Position numbers and translations under genes: made by a program. The notes beneath the pieces are model-generated. The model saw only the letters and a program-made list of their open reading frames with translations. It had not been told where the DNA came from and searched no databases. Shown piece by piece: positions 43,201-56,769 of a stretch of DNA of 64,000 nucleotides. Origin of the DNA: Octopus vulgaris (taxonomy: Eukaryota); assembly GCA_951406725.2 (NCBI GenBank), contig OX597819.1:71424001-71488000 (forward strand), written 5' to 3'. Within the stretch, counting starts at the first letter, position 1. Each line of letters opens with the position of its first letter.

Positions 43201-43584
43201 TACATTTATTCTGTTCATCGGCAAATTTCCGAAATGAATATCGAACGGAGCCGAGACCAAAGATTCAATTAAGCCAGAGACAAATACCGCAAATGTAGAT
43301 GGAAGCGAAGTTAAGTCGTTTCTTCGGCGGCTTGCAAACATTATAACATTCATTAGTGGTGCATATGAATAACTTATGCGGTTTCTTTTATATATGTATG
43401 ACTTACATATCGTATATAAGTTTTCTCAACGCCTGGCATTTTATCTCTCCCTCGATCTTGAATTCTCTTTATTTCCTCCTTCTTCCCCTATCATTTTCTC
43501 TCACAAAGACATACTTTCTCCCGCTTTCTTTCTTTCTTTCTCTCCCTCCCTCTCTCGTTGTATATGCCTTGGGTTATGTATTTA

Positions 43585-43624
<40 letters not shown>

Positions 43625-43785
43625 TATATATATATTTATATATATATATATATACGTGAGCGTTGTTATACTCCTATTAATATTCGGAGAAGCCTCCATT
43701 TGCGTGTTACACTTTCTTATATAAATATGTGAACAGGTGTTTCGTATATTGAGCACCGTCTCTAGTATTGTAATGGTAGCTATTG

Positions 43786-44109
43786 GGCGAAGTCACGTGG
43801 CTTAGTGGTTAAGGTAATCGGCTTGCGATCGAAAGGCCATGAGTTCGATTCACGGCACGCGATGTGTCCTTGAATAAGACACTTTATTTCACGTTGCTTC
43901 AGTCGATTCAGCTGACAAAAATGATTTGGACCTGAATTCAAAAGGCCATCCTTGTAAGATTATGTATCACACCGAATCTTCCTGCGAACTACGTTAAGGG
44001 TACACGTCTCTGTGGAGTGCTCAGCCACTTACACGTTAATTTCAGGAGCAGGTTGTTCCGTTGCTCGAATCAACTGGGACACTTGTCGTCGTCACCGACG
44101 GAGTGCCAG
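43786..44109 (+). mobile_element. SINE family D, full length with 12-bp TSD
   Basis: A-box tggcttagtggtt and B-box gagttcgattc. TSD TGGTAGCTATTG at 43774-43785 and 44110-44121. Confidence 0.88.
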
Positions 44110-44184
44110 TGGTAGCTATTGTGATAATATTAATAGTTGCAATGGTTTCACAATTGCTGGAGTGGTGCTTATAGAAGATGAATA

Positions 44185-44494
44185 CAAGTGCCGAACCTCT
44201 TACCCGGAATCCACAAATCCAGAATTACCAGAAATCCGGCTATTTTTGAAACTGGCTAGCTTTGAATTTCGCGGGCTGTAGTAGATCTCCGCGCGGCCGC
44301 TTTGTTTGGTTTTAAGAATTTTAAGTGGCTTAATAAACATCAAACAGACCCTGCTTTAGAAATGTATTAATTTGTATATTTTCGGTACATATTTAGCCTT
44401 TGTCCAGAAGTCCAGAAAATCTAGAGATCTGGAAAATCCAGAAATACGAACCACCTCCGGGCCCAAGACTGCCTGATAAGAGCTTCGGTATCTG
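44185..44494. mobile_element. pogo/Tigger-like MITE
   Basis: Imperfect TIRs CAAGTGCCGAACCTCTTACCCGG ... CCTGATAAGAGCTTCGGTATCTG, TA on both sides, repeated tccaga/tccgg subterminal motifs. Confidence 0.75.
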
Positions 44495-44777
44495 TACAAG
44501 TTTTCTGGTATATTTTAAATAAATATATATATTATTTATAATTTAGTAAGAAACTCTCAAGAGTGTTGAACAGCTAAATGAACAGGACCAAACGGGAAAC
44601 GAAGTGTTTTTCAAAAACACAATTCATCGCCTGGACCAGGAATTGAAAGCTTGATCTTGTGATCTAACCACTAAATTACGCCTAGACGTAACCATGTTAA
44701 AATATAAATAAAAAAATTACAAACAGAAAACCCAAAGAGATTAAAATAAAACATAAAATCAACAATCAATAAAAATA

Positions 44778-44988
44778 ACTATTTCTTTACTACCCCACAA
44801 GGGGACAAACAAGGACAGACAAACGGATTAAGTCGATTATTTCGACCCCAGTGCGTAACTGGTACTTAATTTATCGACCCCGAAAGGATGAAAGGCAAAG
44901 TCGACCTCGGCGGAATTTGAAATCAGAACGTAACGGCAGACGAAATACGGCTACGCATTTCTAACGTTTCTGCCAGCTCACCGCCTCT
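44778..44988 (-). mobile_element. SINE family B, near full length
   Basis: High by-eye identity to the reverse complement of 40514-40743. Confidence 0.88.
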
Positions 44989-45988
44989 TAATCAATAAAA
45001 ACAACATCCTCAACAACATTGGTAATGCTACCAATATCAAAGTGTGCAGCCTCGTACGAAAACGTACATCTCGTTACTTGTGGCTGCTCGTCTGTTTGTT
45101 GTCACATCCATCGTCAATGAGTTGGCACATTTCAATAAGCATGGCGGACATGTTCAATACTCAACATTCCATTTTAAGACCAATCTATTCCTAACAACCG
45201 ACTGACAGACAAAAGTCGAAGTAAATCGCTTACCATGATTAAAACACGAAGTCAAAACTTGGCCGACATTTTGTGTGCTTTTATTTTTATTTTCTTATCT
45301 TTTCTCTCATCTGTCGACTTATTTTTTCTCCTCGGGCCTTATTTTCTCTCTTTATGTGAATGCATGTTATATATACACATGTCATGATTCATTAGATACA
45401 AAATATCTGGTTAGCAATGGCTATATAATGACTATTTCCTATTAACTTCTCGTATATTTACATGTTTAGCCATACTGCGTAGCAAGGAACTGGCGTATTT
45501 ATTCAGGAATACAGTATTGAACTTGATGAATCACAAATGCAGTGTATTAAATTCTGCGGCAGCCATATTGGTGACAAATTAGATTAGACACAAACTGTAA
45601 GTGTGAAAAATTGGTCCTTTGAGAAGTCTAGTTTTTGTTTTATTAATCACTTTATTAAGGGTGACTAATTGCAAAAAACGCGTAGGATAGATACTAAACA
45701 TAGGAGACTAGCAAAATCTTCTTTATCTATATTACACACTCATAAATATATGTGTGTAAGCTACATTCAACTTACGATGAAAGTAAACAATGTTTGCTTT
45801 AGAAGCGTTGAGATATATTGAAAGATACAGAAATAATTTATTCTTAAACGTATGATAATGCTAATACAAAAGCATTAACAAGATAAACTATCCATATATT
45901 GCAGAAAAATCTGTCGGCGGCCAGCCATGAGACTCAAACTCACATCCCTGTGATTACGCGTCTAGTGCTTTACCTTTATGTATGCATG

Positions 45989-46081
<93 letters not shown>

Positions 46082-46229
46082 GCACACGCACTTACGTAAA
46101 TACGTACATACATACACATAAGTACACACTTACACACACAGATACACATACACCACACATAACTGTCATAAGCGATATTGCTACTATATCTATCGACTTC
46201 ATCATCATTGTCATCGTCATCATCGCCTC

Positions 46230-47327
46230 CCGAGAAGGAGAGAAGAGAGAGAAAGAAGGAGAGAGAGGGTGGAACGAGAGAGAAGGGGGAGAGAAGGGGG
46301 ATTTTCATTAACACCACCACCACCACCACCGCCTCCAATTACCACCATCAACACCACCACCACCGTTGCCATTGTTATTATAAAGGAGATATTTCTGGTG
46401 TTGACGGTAATGTAATAAGATTGAATACCTAGAAAAATAGCGACGATAGTGATGATGGTGCCGGCGGCGGCGCTGGTGGTAGTGGTAGTGGTGGTGGTAG
46501 GTTTGTAGGTGGGGGATGGGACGATGAGGAGGAGGATTAGGAGAAGGAGGGACATGTCGATAGTGATGGTCGTGGCGGAGGTGGTTGTGGAATCCCTTTT
46601 ACACAGGGGTAATTAATAGCAGTGTCAGATAACGACGTTGGAGACGATAATGGATTGTTGCTGACAATGATGATGATAATGAGGAGGAGGAGGAGGAGGA
46701 GGAAGACGATGGTGATGATGACGATGACGAGAAGGTGGAAGAGGTGGGTGGAGTAGGAGAACGATGAGGTGGAGGAGGTTGGGAGGAAGAAGAGGGAGGA
46801 TGTAGGAGGATGAGGAGAAAGTGGATGGTGATGGGGAGGTTGGGAGGAAGAAGAGGGAGGATGTAGGAGGAGGAGGAGAAAGTGGATGGTGATGGTGAAG
46901 GGGAGGACGAGAATGAAAAGGAATGGGAGGAAGGTGGAGGAGGAGCAAAAGGATTAAAATGTAAACGTCGATGGCAATGACAATAACGACTGTGATGATG
47001 ATGATGTTGATAGTAATTATAGAGATGATGATGCTGATGATGTCGGTGACAACGATGATGATGATGACGATGATGATTATGGAGATGATGCTGAGGATGC
47101 TGGTGATGGAGTTGATCATGACGTCAACGACTATGAGTACGACGACGACGACGACGACGGAGGTCGTTAAAATGGACGTTAATGAAGATACAACTCCCCC
47201 CACCCCGCACCCCGCAAAAAAGCAGAAAAATTACACGAAATACCATTATGAAGTCAAAAGAGATATTTTATGTTTCTCTCTGGTCTCAGAGCTGCAGACA
47301 AGTTTATGTTGCATAGCGGTAGGTAGG

Positions 47328-47395
<68 letters not shown>

Positions 47396-47625
47396 TCTTT
47401 TGGAATAGGATTATGGCCCCCGAGATCGTCGAAGAACAAAATTCTACAGCCACCAGACATGACACGGATCTTCCCCCACCCCTGAATATATTCCATGGTA
47501 AATCTTGGTCAGGCAGCGTCTGTTGATTGCAGACGTTGTAATCGGTCAATGTTTGGCGCTTGTAGCAAATGTATTGGTTACGTACGGGAAGACCAAACAG
47601 CTACATCATCAAATTATAGACAGAC

Positions 47626-47724
<99 letters not shown>

Positions 47725-48014
47725 CAGAGAGAGAGAGAGAAAAAGAGAGGGGGAGAGAGTGACGGTGGAACGGGAGAGAAGGCGAGAGAGAAGGGGAGAA
47801 TGCGATAAGGGGAGAGAGAAGGGGACAGAACGGGAGATAAGGAAGAGAAAGATAACGGTAGGGAGGAGGAGAGAGAGAGAAGAGGGGAGAGAGAAGAGGT
47901 GAGGGAGAGAAGAGGAGTGAGAGAAGAGGAGAGACAGATAGAACGAGAGCAAGAGAGAGAGAACGAGAGCGAGAGAGAGAAGAGGAGAGAGAGAACGAGA
48001 GTGAGAGAGAGCAC

Positions 48015-48045
<31 letters not shown>

Positions 48046-48100
48046 GAACGAGAGAGAAAAGAGAGAAGGTGGAGAGAGAGAAAAAGAGAGAGAGAAGTCA
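46230..48100. repeat. Purine-rich low-complexity region: (GGA)/(GAT) degenerate arrays, (TAG)n, (GATA)n, (GA)n
   Basis: Directly visible strand-biased simple repeats. Confidence 0.85.
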
Positions 48101-48319
48101 TGTTTTTGTGGCGTGAATGGTTTCGTTGTGACAAAGCATAGAAGCTCTTCTGCTTTTAGAGAACTGATACAGTAACTGCATGAATGATACAACATCTTAA
48201 GGCCATTAGAGGTCTACATGAAAGAAAACAGCTTCTTATTTGGAACCTCGGCGAAATCTTGGTTTGGCGGCAGATTTGTTGAACGCTTCTTACTATGGAG
48301 GCAGCTGTAGTAAAGGATT

Positions 48320-48500
48320 CAAAATTTGGGCATAAGACTACCAAATTCTGCGGAGGGGATTGTATCGATCCCAGGGCTCAACTGGTACTTACCTAATCGA
48401 CCCCGAAAGGATAAAAGGCAAAATCGACCTCGGCGGAATTTGAACTCAGAACGTAAAGACGGACGAAATGCCGCTGAGTTAAGTATGTTAACGCTTCTGC
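48320..48500 (-). mobile_element. SINE family B
   Basis: atcgaccccgaaaggataaaaggcaaaatcgacctcggcggaatttgaactcagaacg. Confidence 0.82.
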
Positions 48501-48983
48501 CACATTACTGCATAAGAGATAACTATAATATTGATTGGCTGATAGAATAGTTTTGGCATTGTTCCTGACTATTGTAGAGAAGCAAGAACAATAAATGACA
48601 TTTTCAGACACCATAAATTCTAAGAGTAACACATTCTATGCCTGGTCTCTCAACAAAACAAAGGTTGCTGTCTATTTGGCTCTTTCTTCGTATTTCCAGC
48701 ATAAATAATCGTAAATGTTTTCCAGTCAAAATGGTAGACGAATCAACGAAGTCGTGGTTTCTTGGCTGAAGCCTCGTTTTGAAGTCATAACGCTCATAAC
48801 GTTTCATAGGTGACCTTGTGAGTGTTATTTACGCAAAAGTAAGCAACGAACTGGCAAAATCGTTCGAGCCTTGACAAAAACGCTTTGGGGAATTTGTTCT
48901 GACACATAACATTCTCAGTTTAAGTCTAACTGCGATCAATTTTCATCCTTTCGAGGTCGATAATTTAAAGTACCAGTCAAGTA

Positions 48984-49344
48984 TTAGGTTGTTTCACATA
49001 AAATATCGCATTTTTAATAACTTGCTATTTCAGTCATTCAAAAACTCAATTATATTTACCTTGTATTTAATCTTCACTCTTTTTCTTTCCCAACATTATT
49101 GGTATACAAAATTCGTACCCACAGACCAAACTATGTTGAGTGACTTTCTCGTATGAGGACAAACTGGGTTACTCTGCTGCAGAAGCTCTACGGAATATCA
49201 AGCGGGCTTTTGGTAATTGTTTTGATGGGTAAACGTCATAAATGAACATGGATCATACTTTGATTTAAATAAATTAGTTCTCAAACACTTCCGAAACATT
49301 TTATTGTCACCTTTCAAATATGACATTTCATCGACTAAACCCAA
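48984..49344 (+). mobile_element. Internally deleted mariner element
   Basis: Degenerate TIRs TTAGGTTG... / ...AAACCCAA. The transposase N-terminal remnant YEDKLGYSAAEALRNIKRAFG is joined directly to the C-terminal remnant WVNVINEHGSYFD. Confidence 0.75.
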
Positions 49345-49827
49345 TGCTTGAAAATAGCAAACTTTGAGCCTAAAAACCAAAGAATTATTTAGCTCTGTCA
49401 AAGATGTTCCAACCGTGGCCACCACATTTTATTTTCAGATATTGTATATTCAAGATTGCACTCTGCAATGTATTATAATTCTTTTATCGATTGTCATTTG
49501 ACTTACATTGGCCCCTCTGAAGGAGAGAACGAGAGTGAAGAAGAGAAATTCAAACGAACGCTTCTAGCACTTCCACATATGCACATGCATACGAACGCCA
49601 TTAGTACGCACTGACACACATACATACACACACAGAGAGGTGGTAGTTAACTGTGCGAGCGAATGGTGTGGTAGGCACGCCATTAACGTTCGTATGTCTG
49701 GGAACTAAAAGAAATGACTTACTTTTCTAAAGATTATTGTTTATCTTCAAGATTTTGAATGAGTAAAATATTCCATTTTGGTAGCTTCAGTCATTTGTTA
49801 AAAATTCACTTAATTTATTTTGTTGTG

Positions 49828-49877
<50 letters not shown>

Positions 49878-50025
49878 CGTGGCACTCCTGTCAGTTACGA
49901 CGACGAGGGTTCCAGTCGATCCGATGAACGGAACAGCCTGCTCGTGAAATTAACGTGCAAATAGCTGAACACTCCACAGACACGTGTACCCTTAACGTAG
50001 TTCTCGGGGAGATTCAGCGTGACAT
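49878..50025 (-). mobile_element. SINE family D, 3' part
   Basis: Reverse complement of about 43970-44109. Confidence 0.8.
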
Positions 50026-50055
50026 ATATATTGTAAACAAGGGGAAAATATACAC

Positions 50056-50129
<74 letters not shown>

Positions 50130-51474
50130 GTACTAAATCTATGATTTTTATGCATGTATATGTTTATATATAACTTCTAAATAAAATATTTAAAACGCCA
50201 TATTGATCCTTAATAATTAGTGGTTGTTTTTAATTAAACTGAGGAATATTAATTACTTGATTATAACTTTACGATCCGTTGCGCTTCTAGTTAGCAAGCT
50301 GGTTGCGTCAATGGCTGTTCACCTAAAACAATGGTGCAAGACAATTCGGCTGACTTATGCTTTGCTTTACCTTCCTTTCATAAAGATTTCGGAGACACAC
50401 TAATGTAATTGCCATTCCAAAGACTGGGTTATTGAGTAAGTGGAAAATTATTGATTCAATGAGAAGACATTTCGGCAGTAACTGATGGGAAAGAACGTTT
50501 TAATTGTATCTGTGACTAATTTAATTCATACATTTTTTTCCTTTTGTTTCTCTTGTTTATCATTAATTATTATTGCTTTCTTTTTAATATTTGCACTTAG
50601 AAATGTCTGATGTAGTTCCATTAGAGTATATATTTTAGGTGAAGAATCGCAGAAATATTGGTAACATAACCTTACGGCTGATGCAGTTTAGTTTAGTTTA
50701 AAATGTTCGATGGAATTAGCAACAATGTTTGGAAATTGATAATAGGTATGGTATCAATAAACTAAATATCTGGCACATTTAGTGTGCTAAGATAGAATAA
50801 TGGAGGATTTGTAATTAATTTCTTTTTTTTTCCTTTAATGATTTTGCAGAATACAGGCGTTTTACTTAATGCTCAAGAGTCTTCGACTAGCTACAAAGGC
50901 GAGAATAGGCGCCGGTAAATTGTTTGTAAGCAAGCCATTACACATGATTTAAGATAGAGGACGAGTGGTGCACGAGTATTAAGGATGATAGAAACATGTG
51001 ATCCAGAGTCGAGTCGCAGCATTTGATTGAACAAAGCCCGGATGCTGTGCGTGAGTTTTATCCCTTACACCGCTGAGTGAGCCCGCGTAGCTTTGGTGTC
51101 GCAGAGGAAGTCCCCGAAACACTTACAGCGCTGTTGCACCATTTGATGAGACAACGACTACTGCATTCGGTGACAAAGGACGGTGAAATCCTCAGCACAC
51201 AAGTGATTACTCTAAATATAGGGTGAAACTTTATATAAAATATAATTTTATATAAAATATAATCGTTGGCTTCTTTGCGCTGCCATAAAATCCAAAATTA
51301 AATAAGATAGGCTTAAACGATTTAATCAACACCATAATATCTCTGATTCTAATCGTTCTGTTTCTAGAAACATGATAAGCAAAGTCAATTCCATCTGGAT
51401 TTCAACTGAGAAAAGGAAGTTCAATCAATCTTCTGCAGTAATGTTTCTACCAACGCTTTTTTATGCAATTGTTT

Positions 51475-51630
51475 GACTGTGTGGTGAGTAGCTTGCTTCC
51501 CAACCACATGGTTCCGGGTTCAATCTCCCTCTGCGTGGCACCTTGGGCAAGTGTCTTCTACTATAGCCTCAGGCCGACCAAAGCGTTGTGAGTGGATTTG
51601 GTAGACGGAAAGTGAAAGAAGCCCGTCGTA
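51475..51630 (+). mobile_element. SINE family A, 5' half
   Basis: Head and core motifs. Confidence 0.85.
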
Positions 51631-51657
51631 AATGTATATATATAAATATATATACAT

Positions 51658-51706
<49 letters not shown>

Positions 51707-52464
51707 CACAGAGGAATACAGGAACTGTACCCTTTTTTCTCTCGAGTTTTAGGACAGCAGCAGCACAATGGGGTGAGCGGTTGGGGCTGAGTGGAAGGTC
51801 ACACTGCTGCTAAAATCTAAGACACACGCACAAACATACACACGCACGCACACAACCACACACACACACACACACAGATACACACATACACACACGCACA
51901 AAGAAACAAACAAAGAACCAAATGCATGCGCACATGAGGATACACATATTCGAACAGAATGGAGTAAGTGGTGCAAGAACACACACGGAAACGAAAAATA
52001 TCACTGAAGTGGTCACAGAAGTATGACGAAAGGTTTCCGGACAATGTACAGGCGTTGAACTAATAAAATAACAGTAGTAAACGAGTGAAGGAAATAACAA
52101 AAGAAAAAATATAGTGCGTGTGTTTATTTGGCAAAAAGAAAAACAGAACAATAAATAAAATGACCATCCCGAAATACAAGGCAATCAATATTTCCATGTA
52201 GAAAAGATAGCCACAATTTTCAAGCAATCCACTTGGGAAATGTTGGCAATCATCTTTATCTGGAACGAGATTTCCAGCATTCTCAAGTGAATCGCTTGAA
52301 AATTGTAGCGAAAAATAGATACATGAAATGATCGGTAGCCTTGTTAATCCACAAAAATTCCCTGTATATTATATCAAATGCTGAAGAAACTCTAAAATAT
52401 TTATGGGAGATAGCATAGGCAACAATGAAGGTTTGAACCAACGTAGGCTGACTCCAATGAAGTT

Positions 52465-52990
52465 AGATCTGCTAGAAATAGCAACCATATCTCCCTCAAC
52501 TATGGAAATCAAGTACTAATGTCGTAAATGCGGATGTAAGAAAAGACCAGAATGTCATAGCTGGAATGCCGCTGGTCGTAAGTTTGAGACAGGTTATTCT
52601 TCTATACTAACCACATTTGATAAACTGCTTTGTGCAATGTAGGACACCAGTGCTGCTGCGAGAAATAGCAGCCAAATCCCTCTCGTAAAACCAGATGCTA
52701 CTGTCATAAATATATTGTCGTGGCTGGAACGCCTTTAGTCGTGGGCTTGACATGCGTTAAACACCAGCATCGACAATAAGAAAGTTTGATAATCCATTAA
52801 AAAGATTTGTAATATTGAAGGACACCTACAAGAAATAGCCACCAAATCTCCCTAAAATCAGATACTAGTGTCGTACATGTAGTCTTAGGCAGGTACAGAA
52901 AAGCCTTAACAGTCATGGTTGGAACGCCTTTAATCATAGCTCTGGTTGGGCAAGGTTGAGCTGGGTTAAACACCAGCGCAACATTTAATA
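52465..52990 (+). repeat. Three degenerate tandem units of about 180 bp
   Basis: Each unit has agaaatagc.ccaaatctccct and gtcatggctggaacgccttt. Related fragments lie on the opposite strand near 12580-13750. Confidence 0.65.
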
Positions 52991-53821
52991 ATTGGTTTTG
53001 TGACATTGTAGGAGACAAAAGAAAATACAAAAACAAATATACAAAACATCGGCAAAAGATAGAGTAAAATCAATCAATGGAAATATTTGATCACAGGCTG
53101 GAATCGATAATAATATAGCCTGCCAGACGCAGAGGAATCGATTTGAAAGCTTGGCATATTTGATTGATTTTCAGCAAATTCTCATGATCGAACACATATG
53201 AGCAAGGCAAAGGCGACGTGTGACTATGGTATATATAATAATATAATAGAAATGGCTGTAAAGGGTGTATGTGTGTGTGTTTGTGTGTGTGTGTATTTGT
53301 GCGTGAGTGTGCGTGTGTGATTGTGTGTGTGTGATTGTGTGGCTAGGTGAGTATGAATATGCCTTGTGTGGGCGTTTGAAACTTGTGTAAGAGTGTCATT
53401 CTGAGGTGTGAGGGTGGTTGATGTGTGGGGTCTATACGTGTGTGTGTGTCTGTGTGTGTGTTTATGGGTCAGGTGAGAGTTTGTGAATATATGTATGTGT
53501 GCGAATAAGTGACAGATAGAGAGAGACACGCTGAGGGAGAGAGAGAGAGAGAGAAAGAGAAGGAGAGGAAGAGTGTGTGTATATTCGTGTGTGTGTGTGC
53601 GCGCGCGTGTGTGTGTGTGTGTATTTGTATGCGAGTAAGTGTACTGCATGGATTACATGGGAGAGCATAATTGTATTTATGTGTATGTGCATGAGACCGA
53701 GAGACACAAACAGAAAGAGAGAGAGAGAAGGGCTATGTGTGTGTGTGAGAGAGAGAGAGAAAAAGAGAGTGTGTACATTTCAAGGGTTATATGTGAGTGA
53801 GGAGATTTGTGACTGTATGTA

Positions 53822-53885
<64 letters not shown>

Positions 53886-53979
53886 AATATGTGTACACAC
53901 TCATGCGCACTCGCACACATACTCACACGCATATATGTCATATACTTAAATCTATCTATCTTTCTCTCTCTGTCTCACA

Positions 53980-54063
<84 letters not shown>

Positions 54064-54202
54064 CGGGAAGCTTTATGAAAATAGACAAAAGACGAAGGCA
54101 GGTGGAAAACAAACGAACAATTGTTATGTATATATTCAGGGCAAGCGAATTAACATACATGCCTAGCCAGAATTTTATATATATATATATATATATACAT
54201 AA

Positions 54203-54239
<37 letters not shown>

Positions 54240-54314
54240 CATACATACACACACATACATACGTACACATATACATACACACGTATACATATACACACAC
54301 ATGTTTGTGTGTAA

Positions 54315-54530
54315 GTGTGTGTTTTTGTGTCTGTGTTTGTCTCCCATCACTGCTTGACAACCGGTGTTGGAGTGTTTATGTTCCCGTAACTGTAACTTAG
54401 CATTCGGCAAGTGATCAATAGACAAAGTACCAAGCTTAGTACTAGGGTCGATTCATTCGATTAAAAGTTCTTGAAGGTTGTGCCCCAGCATGGCCGCACT
54501 TTAATAACTGAAACATGTAAAAATAAAAGA
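54315..54530 (+). mobile_element. SINE family A, 3' half
   Basis: gcttgacaaccggtgttgg...ccccagcatggccgcac...aactgaaacatgtaaaa. Confidence 0.82.
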
Positions 54531-55118
54531 TATATATGCTATAGTTAAATATCTTTGGAAGAGATGGAATGAGGTTCATGTAGCATATTGTGGTCAGCAG
54601 CTGATCTTCTAATTGAGCCAAAGAAACTAGGTTCCATTTTAATTCTTCGCTGCTGGCCGCACAATTTCATATTGATATACTACTGATGATTTTGTCTGGA
54701 ATACAGAAGGCAGAATTCGAATCTGGAACCGGAGAAGGTAACGCAAGACCACTCGCATAATGTTTGAGAAAATTCCACTCATTTCACCATTCTAGACTGT
54801 TACTTTGTCTATTGATTCCCCCAAACGGGGTTTGAACTCGGAGCACCGAAAATCGGAACAAGTAATGCGAATCCTTCTTACGAGCTGACGACTGTACAAT
54901 TTTCGATTTCGCCGGCCTGTGGTCAACCAAGGATGAATGGGTTGATGGAGTAATAAATTAACTGAAATACTGATTTCAAATTTTGGTACAAAATCAGTAA
55001 GCTTAGGGTATAGGTAAGTCGATTACATCGATCTCCAGCACTCAGTTGGTAGATATTTTATCGACCCTGAAGAGGTAAAAGACAAAGTCGACCTCGGCCA
55101 GATTTGAACTTAGAACAT

Positions 55119-55322
55119 CGTTATGTGGGTAATAGTAATAATGGTACACCCCTCACATGTGACAAGCGGTATGTGGTAGTCATTATAAATACTGTCAGTG
55201 TCAGTATAGGAGAGATTACGAAGTAGACAGTCGTAGATAGAGAGTCGTGTCTTACTTATCTAACTAACTATACTGCTATACCGGAGTGGGCATTACGACA
55301 GCCCGACATAAGGATTACAACA
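55119..55322 (+). mobile_element. Candidate short solo LTR inserted into a family B SINE
   Basis: Starts (C)GTTATG, ends ACAACA, has an internal TATAAATA and 5-bp flanks AACAT/AGCAT. The host SINE (54975-55118) appears to resume after it. Confidence 0.45.
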
Positions 55323-56350
55323 AGCATAGAGAGCTGGAAATTAGCTGAAATAATTAATGACATGAATGAATTGAAAATAGTAATTCTTTTTTCTAATATT
55401 TGTATTCAGAAGCGGAGAAGACAACGTCTTTGACCCACTAAAGGGCCTCCGAGACTTAACGAAGGAAAAAGGGAAGGACTCCTCAAACCAGGAGCTCGGC
55501 CTGAAATCTTGCAACAGATTGGACTATACTAAAAGTATCCCAAGGTGCCGAGTAGTGGGGTTCAACTGGACGTTGGATTAAAATTAACGACGAAATAGGC
55601 CATATTGAGATTTGAATTCAGAACCTAAAAACTCGAAACAAATTACGCAAGGCATCTCGTCCGTTGGCTTTACAGTTCCACCGATCCACTGACATGGGCT
55701 GTTACTTTTTTTCATCGATCCTTGAAATGATGAGGCAAAGTTGACCTCAGCCAGTTTGGAACAAATATCACGTATCATTCTGTCCACCGCTGTAACGATT
55801 CAACCCATCCTTCACCTGATTAATGACTAATTGACTGAATGTTTGGAAGGAATACTAAATTGAATAGAATAAAATAAGGTCATTAATGGATAACACCCAA
55901 AATGAATGAGTAGCAATGAAGATTGGAAAAGCAGAAGAGTAAAATAAAGGGACGTAACAGACAAACGAATGATGAAATTCAGAGGCAGAACAGAGTATAT
56001 ATGAAATGTAAGCTTATAAACATAGTGATAGGTGAAAAATCGAATTTAATGAATAAGATTTTGAAGGAATAAATCTAATTAAAAGAAGGAATGCATTAAA
56101 TGAAGGTAAAAGGTTAAATGATAATTGACTTGATGATTTGAAAGGAAACTAAATTGAATAAAAGACAAAATGATGAGGAGATTAAGAAGATGTTAATGAA
56201 TAAAATACGAAATAAACGAGGGATTAAAGAAAAATAATAACTGAAAAGATAAAAAGAACGAAAGAGATTGATAAATGAATGAAGAATGTGTGATAATGAA
56301 TAAATAGAAAAAAATGAAGTGGATCATGATGGGAATAAACCCATAATAAT

Positions 56351-56408
<58 letters not shown>

Positions 56409-56735
56409 TAGGGAAACGAAAAGCAATATAAATGACGGAATGCAAAAGAAAAAATGGAGAGAAAGAAATGAATGATTAAGAGAATGGTTGAAACTGTTGA
56501 GTGACATAAAAGAAGGAAATGAAAAAGTTAATAATATAATAAAAAAAAAGAACAATTGTTCGCAATAGAAAATGTGATAAAAAGGAACGTAACGTATATT
56601 CTGGTTTCAGTAAAAAGTCATCGTCTGCTTATTGAATAGAAATTTCGTCTGGTAGTCCGTCCACCTCACATCACACGCTCCATCGTCACATAGTTTCTGT
56701 TTTATCTTTTACAACCAGACTGATTGGATAATACA

Positions 56736-56769
<34 letters not shown>

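Noticed and set aside
40444-43860. tRNA genes at A/B-box motifs (40444, 41890, 43786)
   Set aside because: No complete cloverleaf was seen. They continue into multi-copy SINE bodies, some with TSDs.
46625-47333. Long Pro/Ser/His- or Met/Thr-rich ORFs
   Set aside because: Degenerate (GGA)/(GAT) low-complexity sequence, open on both strands.
55410-55545. Coding exon SGEDNVFDPLKGLRDL...
   Set aside because: No recognisable homology, weak donor, and it runs into a SINE A-like fragment.
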